Shown: positions 17,689 to 27,007 of the stretch, one piece after another
Layout: every line of letters begins with the position of its first letter
How positions within the stretch are numbered: the first letter of the stretch is position 1
Source: Fidelibacterota bacterium
GTDB taxonomy: Bacteria; Fidelibacterota; Marinisomatia; Marinisomatales; UBA2128
Assembly: GCA_046861645.1 (NCBI GenBank)
Contig: JBHHUM010000015.1
Span: forward strand, 1-40,257
Direction of reading: 5' to 3'
DNA length: 40,257 nucleotides
Position numbers and translations under genes: made by a program
Notes under the pieces: generated by a model
What the model was told of the DNA's origin: nothing
Seen by the model: only the letters and a program-made list of their open reading frames with translations
The model's database searches: none

Positions 17689-18063
17689 TTACTCCCACTG
17701 TTTTGAACTTACTTCTGGGTTCCTTTTAGCTTGAGGTGCAAATCCTAATTTTGATTTAGCTTCTTCACTCATCATTTCCGGATTCCACGGTGGATCGAAT
17801 ACTACTCGCACACTGGCTTCAGAAATGTCGGGTACGGCTTCAAGTTTAGATTTGATATCCTGAGCCATATGGTTGCCCATGGCACATCCTGGGGTGGTTA
17901 AGGACATAACGATATTTACATAACAGTTGTCATTTTGATCCTGTATCTGGATCTCATAAATAAGACCGAGATTCCACAGATCGATAGGAATTTCAGGATC
18001 ATAACACTGTTTTAGAATTTCCACTACTTGGGCTTCGGTGACTGACATGATCTTCTCCTTCAA
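17689..18063 (-). CDS. DUF59/MIP18 metal-sulfur cluster assembly factor (short SufT-like)
   Basis: YDPEIPIDLWNLGLIY, MSLTTPGC and VFDPPW motifs. Start may be a few codons later (MSVTE). Confidence 0.9.
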   Translation of the reverse strand: MKEKIMSVTEAQVVEILKQCYDPEIPIDLWNLGLIYEIQIQDQNDNCYVNIVMSLTTPGCAMGNHMAQDIKSKLEAVPDISEASVRVVFDPPWNPEMMSEEAKSKLGFAPQAKRNPEVSSKQWE

Positions 18064-18458
18064 TGGGTGACGTCATAGAGGGTCATTTTATCGAATAAAC
18101 CACGGATATTCTCGTTGATGCGCTGGATGGGTAATTTGATGCAGCAAGTTTTTAAAAGGTCGCAATCTAGATCAACAGAGCAATCAACCATTCCTATCGG
18201 TCCCTCCAGCATTTCAATAAAATCGGTCATTGAAATATCAGAAAGATTTACGGCCAACTTATAGCCCCCCCGTGCCCCCTGAACTGGGCGAAGAATCTCC
18301 TTTTTTGCCAGCTCCTGTAAGATTTTTGCCAGCAGAGGCAGCGGGATGCTGTATTCCTCAGCTATCTCCCGGGCATTCGTTAGCACATCATTTCCTGTAA
18401 GTTGTAGATGCCTGAGGGCAATGAGTGCGTATTCGGTTTTCTTGGTGAATTTCAGCAT
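18060..18458 (-). CDS. Rrf2 family transcriptional regulator (IscR/SufR-like, Cys-containing)
   Basis: TEYALIAL, LAKILQ.L, GARGGY.L; C-terminal C-x5-C-x5-CC. Confidence 0.9.
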   Translation of the reverse strand: MLKFTKKTEYALIALRHLQLTGNDVLTNAREIAEEYSIPLPLLAKILQELAKKEILRPVQGARGGYKLAVNLSDISMTDFIEMLEGPIGMVDCSVDLDCDLLKTCCIKLPIQRINENIRGLFDKMTLYDVTH

Positions 18459-18486
18459 ATCTATTTAGATCCCATGCTAGGTTGCC

Positions 18487-18515
18487 AAATTAAGTGCAGG
18501 TTAATTTTTAGGCAA
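18487..18515 (-). promoter_or_regulatory. putative internal promoter upstream of the Rrf2 gene
   Basis: TTGCCT, 17-nt spacer, TAATTT in the sufS-rrf2 gap. Confidence 0.5.
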
Positions 18516-18525
18516 GGTACATCCA

Positions 18526-19788
18526 TCAACTTGTACCCATAAATTCTCTGGCTTTTTCGATGGCGGTGCTAAGAAAGTCGATTTCTTCCTTGGTGTTGTA
18601 GAAATGGAAGCTGGCTCGTGTGGTTGCTGGTACACCTAACCTGTCCATAATTGGTTGAGCACAGTGGTGACCGGCTCTTATGGCAATATGTCGTTGATCA
18701 AGTATCTGAGCCAAATCATGTGGATGAATGTTGTCGACATTAAAGCTGATAACCGGTCCACGTGGATTAGCATTACCATAAATCGTCAATCCTGGGATGT
18801 TACTTAGGGTAGACAATGCGTATTGAATCAATTCTCTTTCATGATTGATGAGTGCCTTCCGATTTAGGGGTTTTAAATAATCAATGGCTGCCCCTAATCC
18901 TATTGCCTGGGCAATTTTTGGTGTGCCTGCTTCGAATTTCCAGGGTACTTCATTCCAGGTTGAATTATCCATGGTAACCTGTTCAATCATCTCTCCACCA
19001 CCAAGAAATGGGTCCATTATTTCCAACAGTTCTTGTCTTGAGTAAAGTACACCTATACCTGTAGGCCCAAGCATCTTGTGTCCAGAGAAGACTAGGAAGT
19101 CGCAGTCGAGTGCTGTGACATCTACCGGGGAATGGGGTACGCTTTGGGCAGCATCAACCAATGATAAAGCCCCTATATCTTTGGCTCGGGCAATGAGTTG
19201 GGCTACAGGATTTATAGTTCCTAGAACATTTGACTGGTGAATCATAGCTACGATCTTTGTCTTTGGATTGAGCAATTCATCAATCTTGGAAAAATCCAAG
19301 TTGCCATTTTCCAGTATAGGGATGTAGCGGAGAGAAGCTCCAGTATCCCGGGAAGCAAGCTGCCACGGGACGATATTACTGTGGTGTTCCATTTCGGTGA
19401 TGAGAATCTCGTCTCCAGGACGAAGGTTATGTCGTCCCCAGGCATAAGCGACCAGATTTATAGATTCTGTTGCCCCTCCTGTAAAGACGATATGACTGCT
19501 GTCTGGAGCATTAATGAACTGTGCTACTTTCTGGCGGGCTCCTTCATATTCTTCAGTGGCTCTTTCTCCCAGGGAATAGATAGCACGGTGTACATTGGCA
19601 CTGTATTCTTCATAATATTCTTTAACTGCGGCAATGACAGAGTATGGTTTCAAGGTAGTAGAAGCGTTATCGAGATAAACGGGTACAGTGCCACCATCTT
19701 TAGACTGTAAAATCGGGAAATCCTGGCGAAGAGCTTCCACGTTCAGTTCGGGAATAGTGGTTCTCAATTTTTCAGTAGGTATCATCAT
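18526..19788 (-). CDS. sufS: cysteine desulfurase SufS
   Basis: YLDNAST, MEHHSN, FSGHKMLGPTG and RAGHHCA. Confidence 0.95.
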   Translation of the reverse strand: MMIPTEKLRTTIPELNVEALRQDFPILQSKDGGTVPVYLDNASTTLKPYSVIAAVKEYYEEYSANVHRAIYSLGERATEEYEGARQKVAQFINAPDSSHIVFTGGATESINLVAYAWGRHNLRPGDEILITEMEHHSNIVPWQLASRDTGASLRYIPILENGNLDFSKIDELLNPKTKIVAMIHQSNVLGTINPVAQLIARAKDIGALSLVDAAQSVPHSPVDVTALDCDFLVFSGHKMLGPTGIGVLYSRQELLEIMDPFLGGGEMIEQVTMDNSTWNEVPWKFEAGTPKIAQAIGLGAAIDYLKPLNRKALINHERELIQYALSTLSNIPGLTIYGNANPRGPVISFNVDNIHPHDLAQILDQRHIAIRAGHHCAQPIMDRLGVPATTRASFHFYNTKEEIDFLSTAIEKAREFMGTS

Positions 19789-19790
19789 CC

Positions 19791-20369
19791 CTACATCATT
19801 CCTAGCTTTAACTGTGCGGCTTCAGTCATCATACTCCGATCCCAAGGTGGATCCCATACCAGTTCTACGGTTACTTCTCCTACACCGGGGATATGACTGA
19901 TCTTCTGTCGGGCATCGTCAGCAATCAGTTCACCTAAACCGCAACCAGGAGCTGTTAGAGTCATCTTGATTTCAATATTTGTGCTTCCATTTGTCTGAGG
20001 TTTCAGTTCGCAAGAATATATAAGTCCCAAATCTACTATGTTTATGGGGATTTCTGGATCGTAACAGGTCCTCAGAGCATCCCAGACAAGTTTACTGGTC
20101 ACTTTTTGAGTATTATCACCGTCTTGAGTAGTTGAGAGAGCCGTGATCTTTTCTCCAATTGTACTATCCGGGATAGACTCCATACCGATGGCATCGGCAT
20201 CTTTGCCATCAATACGAACCAGACTTCCCCGGATGAAGAGGGTATAGCTTCCTCCCAGGGCTTGCGTGATGGTGGCTTCATCACCTTTCCGGAGGGTTAC
20301 AGATTCACCATAGGGTATGAGGATAGCCTGACAATCTCTGGTAAACGTAACCTGCTTATTATTCTCCAT
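19791..20369 (-). CDS. sufT: Fe-S cluster assembly protein SufT, long form
   Basis: N-terminal RDC.A..IP.G...ITQALGGSYT plus a DUF59 domain (YDPEIP, TLTAPGC, WDPPW). Confidence 0.9.
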   Translation of the reverse strand: MENNKQVTFTRDCQAILIPYGESVTLRKGDEATITQALGGSYTLFIRGSLVRIDGKDADAIGMESIPDSTIGEKITALSTTQDGDNTQKVTSKLVWDALRTCYDPEIPINIVDLGLIYSCELKPQTNGSTNIEIKMTLTAPGCGLGELIADDARQKISHIPGVGEVTVELVWDPPWDRSMMTEAAQLKLGMM

Positions 20370-20372
20370 AGT

Positions 20373-20816
20373 TTACTCTGTCTTCGCGATAGCTTTTGAT
20401 CCTACTAACGCATTTTTAGCGGTATGCCAGGCTAACATGGCACATTTTACCCGTGCTGGATACTTATGAATACCAGAGAGCACGGCTAATTTGCCCAAGT
20501 CACTATCTGGGATTTCTCCTGTAGTAGCCATTCGTTGAAATGTTTGGAAGAGAGCTATGACCTCTGTTCTGGTTTTTCCCTTGAGAACAGTAGTCATTAT
20601 AGATGCGGATGCTTTAGAAATGGCACAGCCTGAACCAACAAACTTTACGTCCTCGACTAATTCATCTGTCATCTTCAGGTAGAGTGTTAACCGGTCGCCG
20701 CAGAGGGGGTTGAACCCGTCAGCTTTAGCTGTGGCATCAACCAACTCTCCAAAATTGTGAGGGTTTTGGTTGTGGTCCAGGATTAACTCCCGGTAGAGTT
20801 CCCTTAGATCGTCCAT
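20373..20816 (-). CDS. sufU: SUF system NifU-family protein SufU
   Basis: NPLCGD, GCAISKASAS and ARVKCA. Confidence 0.92.
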   Translation of the reverse strand: MDDLRELYRELILDHNQNPHNFGELVDATAKADGFNPLCGDRLTLYLKMTDELVEDVKFVGSGCAISKASASIMTTVLKGKTRTEVIALFQTFQRMATTGEIPDSDLGKLAVLSGIHKYPARVKCAMLAWHTAKNALVGSKAIAKTE

Positions 20817-22144
20817 TACGATTTATGACTCATTAATGTCAACAGCCAGTTGGAGAGGATTCGGTAGAGGTAGATATTTACGGCTCCAATTTGGACCTCA
20901 TCAATAATTTCATTGGCAAAGCCATTTATTAATAAACTCTGGGCGGTGAGTACGTCTAAGCCACGGGATCGGAGATAAAATATTGCGTCCTCATCTAACT
21001 GACCTGTAGTGGAACCATGTGTACAGCGTACATTGTCAGCGTAGATCTCCAATTGTGGATTGGAGTTAACCAGTGCTTTTTCTGATAAAAGCAGATTCTT
21101 ATTAGACTGTTCAGCATTAGTAATTTGTGCTTCCTCTCTGACGATTATACGCCCATTGAAAACACCCCGGGATGAATCAGTGTGGATTCCTTTGAAGATT
21201 TCGCGACTACTTCCGTGAGGTGCTTGATGGTCAATAAGTGTATGATTGTCCTGATGTTGTTCTCCAGAAGCTAATACCAGACCGGAGAGGTTACACTCTG
21301 CTCCTTCGCCGACTAACCTGACGCGAAGATCATTACGACTCAACCGGGCACCAACGGTAAATATCGCAGAAGTCAGCACGGCATTTGTATGAACTTCTGC
21401 CTGAGTTACCGCCAAGTGGTCGACGATAGTTGCTTCTTCTTGAATTTTTACATGGTGGAGAACTGCATTGTGATCGATCTTTATTTCTGTGACAACATTG
21501 GTCAATGATGGACTACCATCCCAGCTGGCATAATGCTCAATGATTGTGGCTTCACTACCTTCTTCGAGGAAGATTATATTGCGATAGTTATACATGACTT
21601 CCTTTTCGTGGGTAGTGGTAAGATATAGAATATGAATGGGTCGGGGGATTACCTCTCCTTTGGGAACGTGAATTAAGACACCGTCACTCATAAAGGCAGT
21701 ATTAAGAGCCACAAAGGTTTCATCGTAAAAGGTTGCCAGGTTGCCCAGTAAGGAGTCAATCATTTTTCTTTCCTGAATCGAAGCCTCAGAAAATAGGTTT
21801 ATCACACTTGCCTGCGCTGCTGCCTTTTGAATGAAAGATAGTTCGGTTGAGTAATTACCATCTACGATTACAATTGTAGAAACATGCTGGGGATCGATCA
21901 AGAAATACTGAAGGTCTTTCTTAGTAAGCTTGGGATACAAGGTCGGGGCAAGAGCGTATTCACTTTTAGCCAGTCGGGAAACATCTGTTTCCCGCCAGTC
22001 TTCCATGTTAGTAGTGGGAAACCCCAGCTCGCAGAATCGTTCCATAGCTTGGTATCTTAGTTCAAGAAGTGAAGATTTTTGACCATCCTGTGACTCTGTT
22101 AGCAGTTGAAACTGTTGTCTGAAGTTTTCAAATGTTTCAGTCAT
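20816..22144 (-). CDS. sufD: Fe-S cluster assembly protein SufD
   Basis: PQLEIYADNVRCTHGST and FYLRSRG. Confidence 0.95.
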   Translation of the reverse strand: MTETFENFRQQFQLLTESQDGQKSSLLELRYQAMERFCELGFPTTNMEDWRETDVSRLAKSEYALAPTLYPKLTKKDLQYFLIDPQHVSTIVIVDGNYSTELSFIQKAAAQASVINLFSEASIQERKMIDSLLGNLATFYDETFVALNTAFMSDGVLIHVPKGEVIPRPIHILYLTTTHEKEVMYNYRNIIFLEEGSEATIIEHYASWDGSPSLTNVVTEIKIDHNAVLHHVKIQEEATIVDHLAVTQAEVHTNAVLTSAIFTVGARLSRNDLRVRLVGEGAECNLSGLVLASGEQHQDNHTLIDHQAPHGSSREIFKGIHTDSSRGVFNGRIIVREEAQITNAEQSNKNLLLSEKALVNSNPQLEIYADNVRCTHGSTTGQLDEDAIFYLRSRGLDVLTAQSLLINGFANEIIDEVQIGAVNIYLYRILSNWLLTLMSHKS

Positions 22145-22148
22145 ATTT

Positions 22149-22904
22149 TTAGGTAGGAACTACATCTTCCTCGAGCCAAGAGTACCCTTTATCCTCAAGT
22201 TCATGAGCCAGCTCTTTATCTCCTGTACGAACGATACGACCATCCAGAAGAACATGAATCACGTCTGGTTCCATATACTGCAGGATTCGCTGGTAATGAG
22301 TGATAACTACTATAGCCCGATCTTCCCTTCGATAATTATCTATCCCACGGGCGATGATTTGTAGGGCATCAATATCAAGTCCAGAATCGGTTTCGTCCAG
22401 AATAGCTAAACGGGGTTCAAGTGTTAGTAGTTGCAGTATTTCGTTACGTTTTTTTTCACCGCCAGAGAAACCTTCATTTACAGCTCGTCGCAGATAACTT
22501 TCATCCATGGCTACTTTCTTCATTTTTTCTTTAATGAAGGTAAGGAAGTCCATAGCATCCATCTCTTCTTCACCACGGTATTTCCTGAGGGCATTTACCG
22601 CAGCCTTAAGAAAGTAAGTATTATTGACACCCGGGATGGTTACAGGGTACTGAAAAGACATAAAAATGCCCTCCAGAGCTCGCTTTTCAGGGCTCATTTC
22701 AGTTAAGTCCTGTCCATTGAAAAGAATTTCTCCTTGAGTGATTTGATATTGTTCTCGTCCTACGATGACATTGGCGAGGGTGCTCTTACCAGAACCATTC
22801 CGTCCCATGATAGCATGGAGTTCTCCTGTTCCAACGGAAAGGTTGAGTCCTTTCAGGATTTCTTTTCCTTCTACTTGAACATGTACGTCATTGATTTCTA
22901 ACAT
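22149..22904 (-). CDS. sufC: Fe-S cluster assembly ATPase SufC
   Basis: GRNGSGKST, GFSGGEKKR and LDETDSGLDID. Confidence 0.97.
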   Translation of the reverse strand: MLEINDVHVQVEGKEILKGLNLSVGTGELHAIMGRNGSGKSTLANVIVGREQYQITQGEILFNGQDLTEMSPEKRALEGIFMSFQYPVTIPGVNNTYFLKAAVNALRKYRGEEEMDAMDFLTFIKEKMKKVAMDESYLRRAVNEGFSGGEKKRNEILQLLTLEPRLAILDETDSGLDIDALQIIARGIDNYRREDRAIVVITHYQRILQYMEPDVIHVLLDGRIVRTGDKELAHELEDKGYSWLEEDVVPT

Positions 22905-22939
22905 AGAGTCTCCATTTCCAGTTTAGTCGGAAGGGAGTC

Positions 22940-24388
22940 CTATCCAACGCTCCCTTCCAGACTAACTTCCAGCAGTTTTTGTGCTTCCACGGCAAATTCC
23001 ATAGGCAGCTCTCGGAAAACCTCCTTGCAGAAGCCGTTTACAATCATTGATACTGTATCTTCTGTGGAGATGCCCCGTTGGTTGCAATAGAAGATTTGAT
23101 CCTCACCTATTGTGGATGTGGATGCTTCGTGTTCCATCTGAGCGGACGGATTCCGGACGTCAATATAGGGAAATGTGTGAGCGCCACATCTTTCACCAAT
23201 AAGTAGTGAATCACACTGGGAATAATTACGAGCATTATGGGCACCTTTCATAATCTTAACCATACCGCGATAGGTATTCTGCCCGTAGCCAGCGCTTACT
23301 CCTTTGGAGATAATGGTACTGCGGGTATTTTTTCCAATGTGTATCATTTTAGTTCCAGTATCGGCTTGCTGATAGTTGTTTGTAAGAGCTACAGAGTAGA
23401 ATTGACCAACAGAATTATCGCCTTGCAGGATACAACTGGGATATTTCCAGGTGATGGCTGAACCAGTTTCCACCTGGGTCCAGGATATCTTGGAATTTTT
23501 ACCACGGCAGGCGCCCCGCTTGGTAACAAAATTGTAGATACCTCCCTTGCCTTCCTTATCTCCGGGATACCAATTCTGCACGGTAGAATACTTGATCTCA
23601 GCATTATCAAGTGTGATTAGTTCCACAACGGCAGCATGTAGCTGGTTCTCGTCTCTCATGGGGGCTGTGCACCCTTCAAGATAACTGACATAACTTCCCT
23701 CTTCGGCTATAATAAGCGTCCGCTCAAACTGTCCAGTGTTAGAAGCATTGATACGAAAATAAGTTGATAATTCCATGGGACAACGGACACCCTTGGGAAT
23801 GTAAACGAAGCTACCATCACTGAAAACGGCAGAGTTCAAGGCGGCAAAATAGTTATCGGTATAAGGTACTACAGTGCCGAGATATTTTCGCACTAACTCA
23901 GGATGATTAAAGACTGCTTCCGAAAATGAACAGAATATGATGTCATATTTTTTTAACTCTTTTTTGAAGGTAGTTGCCACTGATACTGAATCAAAAACTG
24001 CATCTACAGCGACACCAGCCAGAACTTTCTGCTCTTCCAGCGGGATACCCAGCTTGTTGTAAGTATCCAGAATTTCGGCATCCACATCTTCCAGGCTTTG
24101 AGGTCCTTCTGTCTTACTCTTGGGGGCAGCATAGTAACTGATTGCCTGATAATCAATGGGGTCGTACTTAACCTTGGACCAGGTAGGTTCTACCATCTTA
24201 AGCCAGTGCTGAAAAGCCTTCAAGCGCCAGTCAGTCAACCATTCCGGTTCCTGCTTCTTAGCGGAAAGTGAGCGTATGACGTCCTCATTTAGTCCGGGAG
24301 AGAAAGTATCCTGTTCAATATCTGTGACAAATCCGTACTTATAGTCCTGCCCGGTGAAAGACTCGATGGTATCCAGTTTGCTGGTCAT
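22940..24388 (-). CDS. sufB: Fe-S cluster assembly protein SufB
   Basis: [16 protein letters not shown] and [17 protein letters not shown]. Confidence 0.97.
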   Translation of the reverse strand: MTSKLDTIESFTGQDYKYGFVTDIEQDTFSPGLNEDVIRSLSAKKQEPEWLTDWRLKAFQHWLKMVEPTWSKVKYDPIDYQAISYYAAPKSKTEGPQSLEDVDAEILDTYNKLGIPLEEQKVLAGVAVDAVFDSVSVATTFKKELKKYDIIFCSFSEAVFNHPELVRKYLGTVVPYTDNYFAALNSAVFSDGSFVYIPKGVRCPMELSTYFRINASNTGQFERTLIIAEEGSYVSYLEGCTAPMRDENQLHAAVVELITLDNAEIKYSTVQNWYPGDKEGKGGIYNFVTKRGACRGKNSKISWTQVETGSAITWKYPSCILQGDNSVGQFYSVALTNNYQQADTGTKMIHIGKNTRSTIISKGVSAGYGQNTYRGMVKIMKGAHNARNYSQCDSLLIGERCGAHTFPYIDVRNPSAQMEHEASTSTIGEDQIFYCNQRGISTEDTVSMIVNGFCKEVFRELPMEFAVEAQKLLEVSLEGSVG

Positions 24389-24421
24389 AACAGTATCTTA
24401 AAGTCCTCTTTTATTGGCTGG

Positions 24422-24450
24422 AAGCTACGACGTAATGGAAAAGTGAACAA
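24422..24450 (-). promoter_or_regulatory. putative promoter directly upstream of sufB
   Basis: TTGTTC, 17-nt spacer, TAGCTT. Confidence 0.5.
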
Positions 24451-24455
24451 TAAAT

Positions 24456-24476
24456 ATACGACTAATTCTATCGCCT
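24456..24476. promoter_or_regulatory. candidate Rrf2 binding site 3
   Basis: ATACGA-CTAATTCTA-TCGCCT, 5 nt upstream of the sufB -35. Confidence 0.55.
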
Positions 24477-24515
24477 ATTTTGTGAGGCTGTAAAATCTGT
24501 TGAACTCCTGGTAGA

Positions 24516-24743
24516 TCAATCAGAAACACCGCTGGCCACTTTAATAATCTGATGTGAATCCCCCTTACAAACAGGGCAGATTTCCACATCACAGCCAATA
24601 GCCGGGAAATCCTGAAGCTCACGCCAAACCCATACACCAGTTTTATCCCCCCAGCGATGAACAGTACTGCTCTGCCAGTCTTCCCATACAATATGACATT
24701 CAGGACATTTCTTCGGTCGGCGGGCGGTTGTGATTTCACCCAT
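24516..24743 (-). CDS. small CxxC...CxxC protein of unknown function heading the suf cluster
   Basis: Strong SD (AAAAGGAG) before the ATG; CPEC and CPVC; near-consensus promoter upstream. Confidence 0.75.
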   Translation of the reverse strand: MGEITTARRPKKCPECHIVWEDWQSSTVHRWGDKTGVWVWRELQDFPAIGCDVEICPVCKGDSHQIIKVASGVSD

Positions 24744-24774
24744 GATACTACTCCTTTTTTTTGTAACTTAAGTA

Positions 24775-24795
24775 ATACGACATATTTTATCGTAT
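24775..24795. promoter_or_regulatory. candidate Rrf2 binding site 1
   Basis: Perfect ATACGA-N9-TCGTAT overlapping the -10 and the predicted transcription start. Confidence 0.65.
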
Positions 24796-24822
24796 ATTAC
24801 GTAAACATTCTGTTAATGTCAA
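24794..24822 (-). promoter_or_regulatory. sigma70 promoter of the small Cys gene and suf cluster
   Basis: TTGACA, 17-nt spacer, TAATAT. Confidence 0.7.
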
Positions 24823-24827
24823 TAGAA

Positions 24828-24848
24828 ATACGATAAAATTTGTCTGAT
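24828..24848. promoter_or_regulatory. candidate Rrf2 binding site 2
   Basis: ATACGA-TAAAATTTG-TCTGAT, nearly the reverse complement of site 1; 5 nt upstream of the -35. Confidence 0.6.
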
Positions 24849-24905
24849 TTCCGGATTAATATATGATATTAGTCAGGTAAAAATAAGTCGTCTATCTGAC
24901 GAAAC

Positions 24906-25955
24906 TCAGGAGATAGTGATAGTGCTTTTTTCTTCTTCCAAGATGGTTCCAATCTTGAAAGCAGGAGTGGGAGAAAGGTTGTTGAACTCTTTTAAAAAGT
25001 CCTGTTGCTGCTCTTCAGAAATGGCGATCAATAATCCCCCGGAGGTTTGTGCATCACTTAACATTATTTTATTATGGTAAGGAAAGTCAGCTGAGAAAAC
25101 AACATGAGTCTTTACGAAGTCCAGATTTCGTTTGCTACCTCCGGGGATGACATTGTTATGTGCCAGCTCCTCTACTCCAGGAATAAATTGTATGCTGCTG
25201 TACTTCACCTCTGCCGAAACACTACTTGCCTGAGACATTTCCAGAAGATGACCTAACAATCCGTAACCGGTGACGTCTGTAGCTGCATGTGCTTTGTACT
25301 TGAGCATTAAATCAGCAGCCGTGCGGTTCAAAGTGCTCATGATTGTAGTAGCTTCTGTTATCATCCCATCCGAGGCAATACCTCTTTTAATAGCGGTGGC
25401 AATTATACCGGTTCCCAGAGGTTTGGTAAGAACCAAGGCATCACCTGGTTGAGCAGTTGAATTTCTGACCAAGTCTCTCACTTTTCCACTTCCGGTGATC
25501 ACCAGTCCATATTTGGGTTCTTTGTCATCAATGCTGTGTCCTCCGACTATACTGATGCCGGCTTCCCTGGCTTTGTCACTCCCTCCCCGTAGAATCTGTG
25601 CAAGTATATCCATAGAAAGATCTTTGCTGGGGAAAGCCACAATATTCAGGGCGAAGAGCGGTTTAGCACCCATGGCATAGATATCTGAGAGGGAGTTAGC
25701 AGCAGCGATTTGTCCAAAAGCATAAGGATCATCCACAATAGGAGTGAAGAAGTCCACTGTCTGAACAATAGTACTCTCATCGTCAATACGTACTACGGCG
25801 GCATCGTCAACTCCGTGGAAGTCAACAATCACGTTTTCATCATCTGATGCAGGCAGCAGGCTCAGAACCTGAGCCAGGTCCTTAGGACCTAACTTGCAGG
25901 CTCAACCGGAGCCGTGGCTGAACTGTGTCAGTCGCTTGGCTTCTGCGCTGGCCAT
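24906..25955 (-). CDS. selD: selenide,water dikinase (selenophosphate synthetase), selenoprotein with Sec18, 349 aa
   Basis: From ATG 25955 the frame reads MASAEAKRLTQFSHGSG-TGA(25902-04)-ACKLGP and continues into the tracked ORF (DDAAV, QTVDFFTP, GGHS, DAQTSGGLL). U-x-C-K is the SelD active-site motif. Confidence 0.95.
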
Positions 25956-25998
25956 GGGTCAAATTTAGGGTGAGTGAGGGAGAGTCGGGAGGGGAAAA
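25797..25998. repeat. direct repeat copy 1 (selD upstream region and 5' end), 202 bp
   Basis: Aligns without gaps to 32445-32646 (offset 6648); 20 mismatches by manual count. Confidence 0.95.
25859..25904 (-). promoter_or_regulatory. candidate bacterial SECIS region of selD
   Basis: After UGA: AGGUCC-UAA-GGACCU, then GGCUCAG-GUU-CUGAGCC with the GUU loop 33 nt after UGA. Confidence 0.65.
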
Positions 25999-26080
25999 TG
26001 AATGTGCGGGAGTCTAAATCCTAACGTAGGATCTAACGATCAATCAAATCTCAAGGGAATGGGGTTATTTTTGTATGAAT

Positions 26081-26995
26081 TTACTTTTTTGATAGACTCC
26101 TTATGTGTGCAACAGTCAATTCAATATTTTTCCCGATTAGCTCAAGGCATGCTTCTTTGAATGAGTTCGGATCCACGACAATTGCGAAGGTTTTATCATC
26201 AATTTGTTCACTTCCGATCACGAAGTCTTTGTCAACTGTCCAAACATTTTTGTTTCTCAGCATCCCGAATTTTGATTTGGACGAAATCCATGAAGATTCG
26301 GAACCGAGTGAAATCAAAGGCAACGCTTCAACTTTTACTGAAGTGATGACTTTATCCAGGGAAGATTCTTTTTCTTTTTCAGTTTTATACGTTGAAAAGT
26401 TTATAGTAAAAGTGTGCGCGATTGACCCTTTCTTTAGTTTGGATTGCATCTTATAAAGATACATTCCTGATTTTGCTGAATAAATAGGTCCGTCATGAGC
26501 TGTGAATGTTTTCATATGTGTAGTTCCGGTTGATCTAAGCAAAGCTGGAATCTTTGTCTCAACTTTTCTGGGTTCAGAAATCTCAATCATTTTTTGAAAA
26601 CCTTTATTTCCCTGTAAATCGCTGAACGGGACTACTGTAAATCCTGCTGTCTTTAACATGGTCTCATAAATCACACCGACTTGATCGGCAATTTCCTGCA
26701 TAACATCATCACTTACACCCTTTAAAACGACAGAAACTTCTGCTTTCGGGCCGCCATGAATTGCAGCCTTTTCATATCGGGCTTTGTAAGTAGCCCTGGT
26801 GGCAAAGTTCACCTGGATAAATGCCGGTGCAAAAGCTTTCTCCTTTTTGACATATTTTGTTTTAATGTCTTCAAACAGTGCCTTTGATTTCGTAGGAAGG
26901 GAATTAACATTAATTATACCAATATCAGTCCCACCTCTTTGAGAAAACACAAATCCAAACCCTGATATGATTACTGCTATTATTAACCTTTTCAT
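26081..26995 (-). CDS. exported hypothetical protein, Lys-rich
   Basis: SD AAGGAG, signal peptide MKRLIIAVIISGFGFVFSQ, 304-aa ORF. Confidence 0.8.
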   Translation of the reverse strand: MKRLIIAVIISGFGFVFSQRGGTDIGIINVNSLPTKSKALFEDIKTKYVKKEKAFAPAFIQVNFATRATYKARYEKAAIHGGPKAEVSVVLKGVSDDVMQEIADQVGVIYETMLKTAGFTVVPFSDLQGNKGFQKMIEISEPRKVETKIPALLRSTGTTHMKTFTAHDGPIYSAKSGMYLYKMQSKLKKGSIAHTFTINFSTYKTEKEKESSLDKVITSVKVEALPLISLGSESSWISSKSKFGMLRNKNVWTVDKDFVIGSEQIDDKTFAIVVDPNSFKEACLELIGKNIELTVAHIRSLSKK

Positions 26996-27007
26996 GATTA
27001 TTTCTCC

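Noticed and set aside
24516..24518. TGA stop of the small Cys protein (and other TGA stops) as additional Sec codons
   Set aside because: For this gene and the 9667 gene, readthrough gives only short tails with no redox motif; the other TGA-ended genes look complete at their stops.
24425..24739. 104-aa alternative ORF upstream of sufB
   Set aside because: It overlaps the 75-aa Cys ORF, which has the well-spaced SD, and runs over the putative sufB promoter.
24906..25832. ORF-track selD starting at GTG 25832
   Set aside because: It lacks the catalytic N-terminus; the frame continues through the Sec UGA to ATG 25955.
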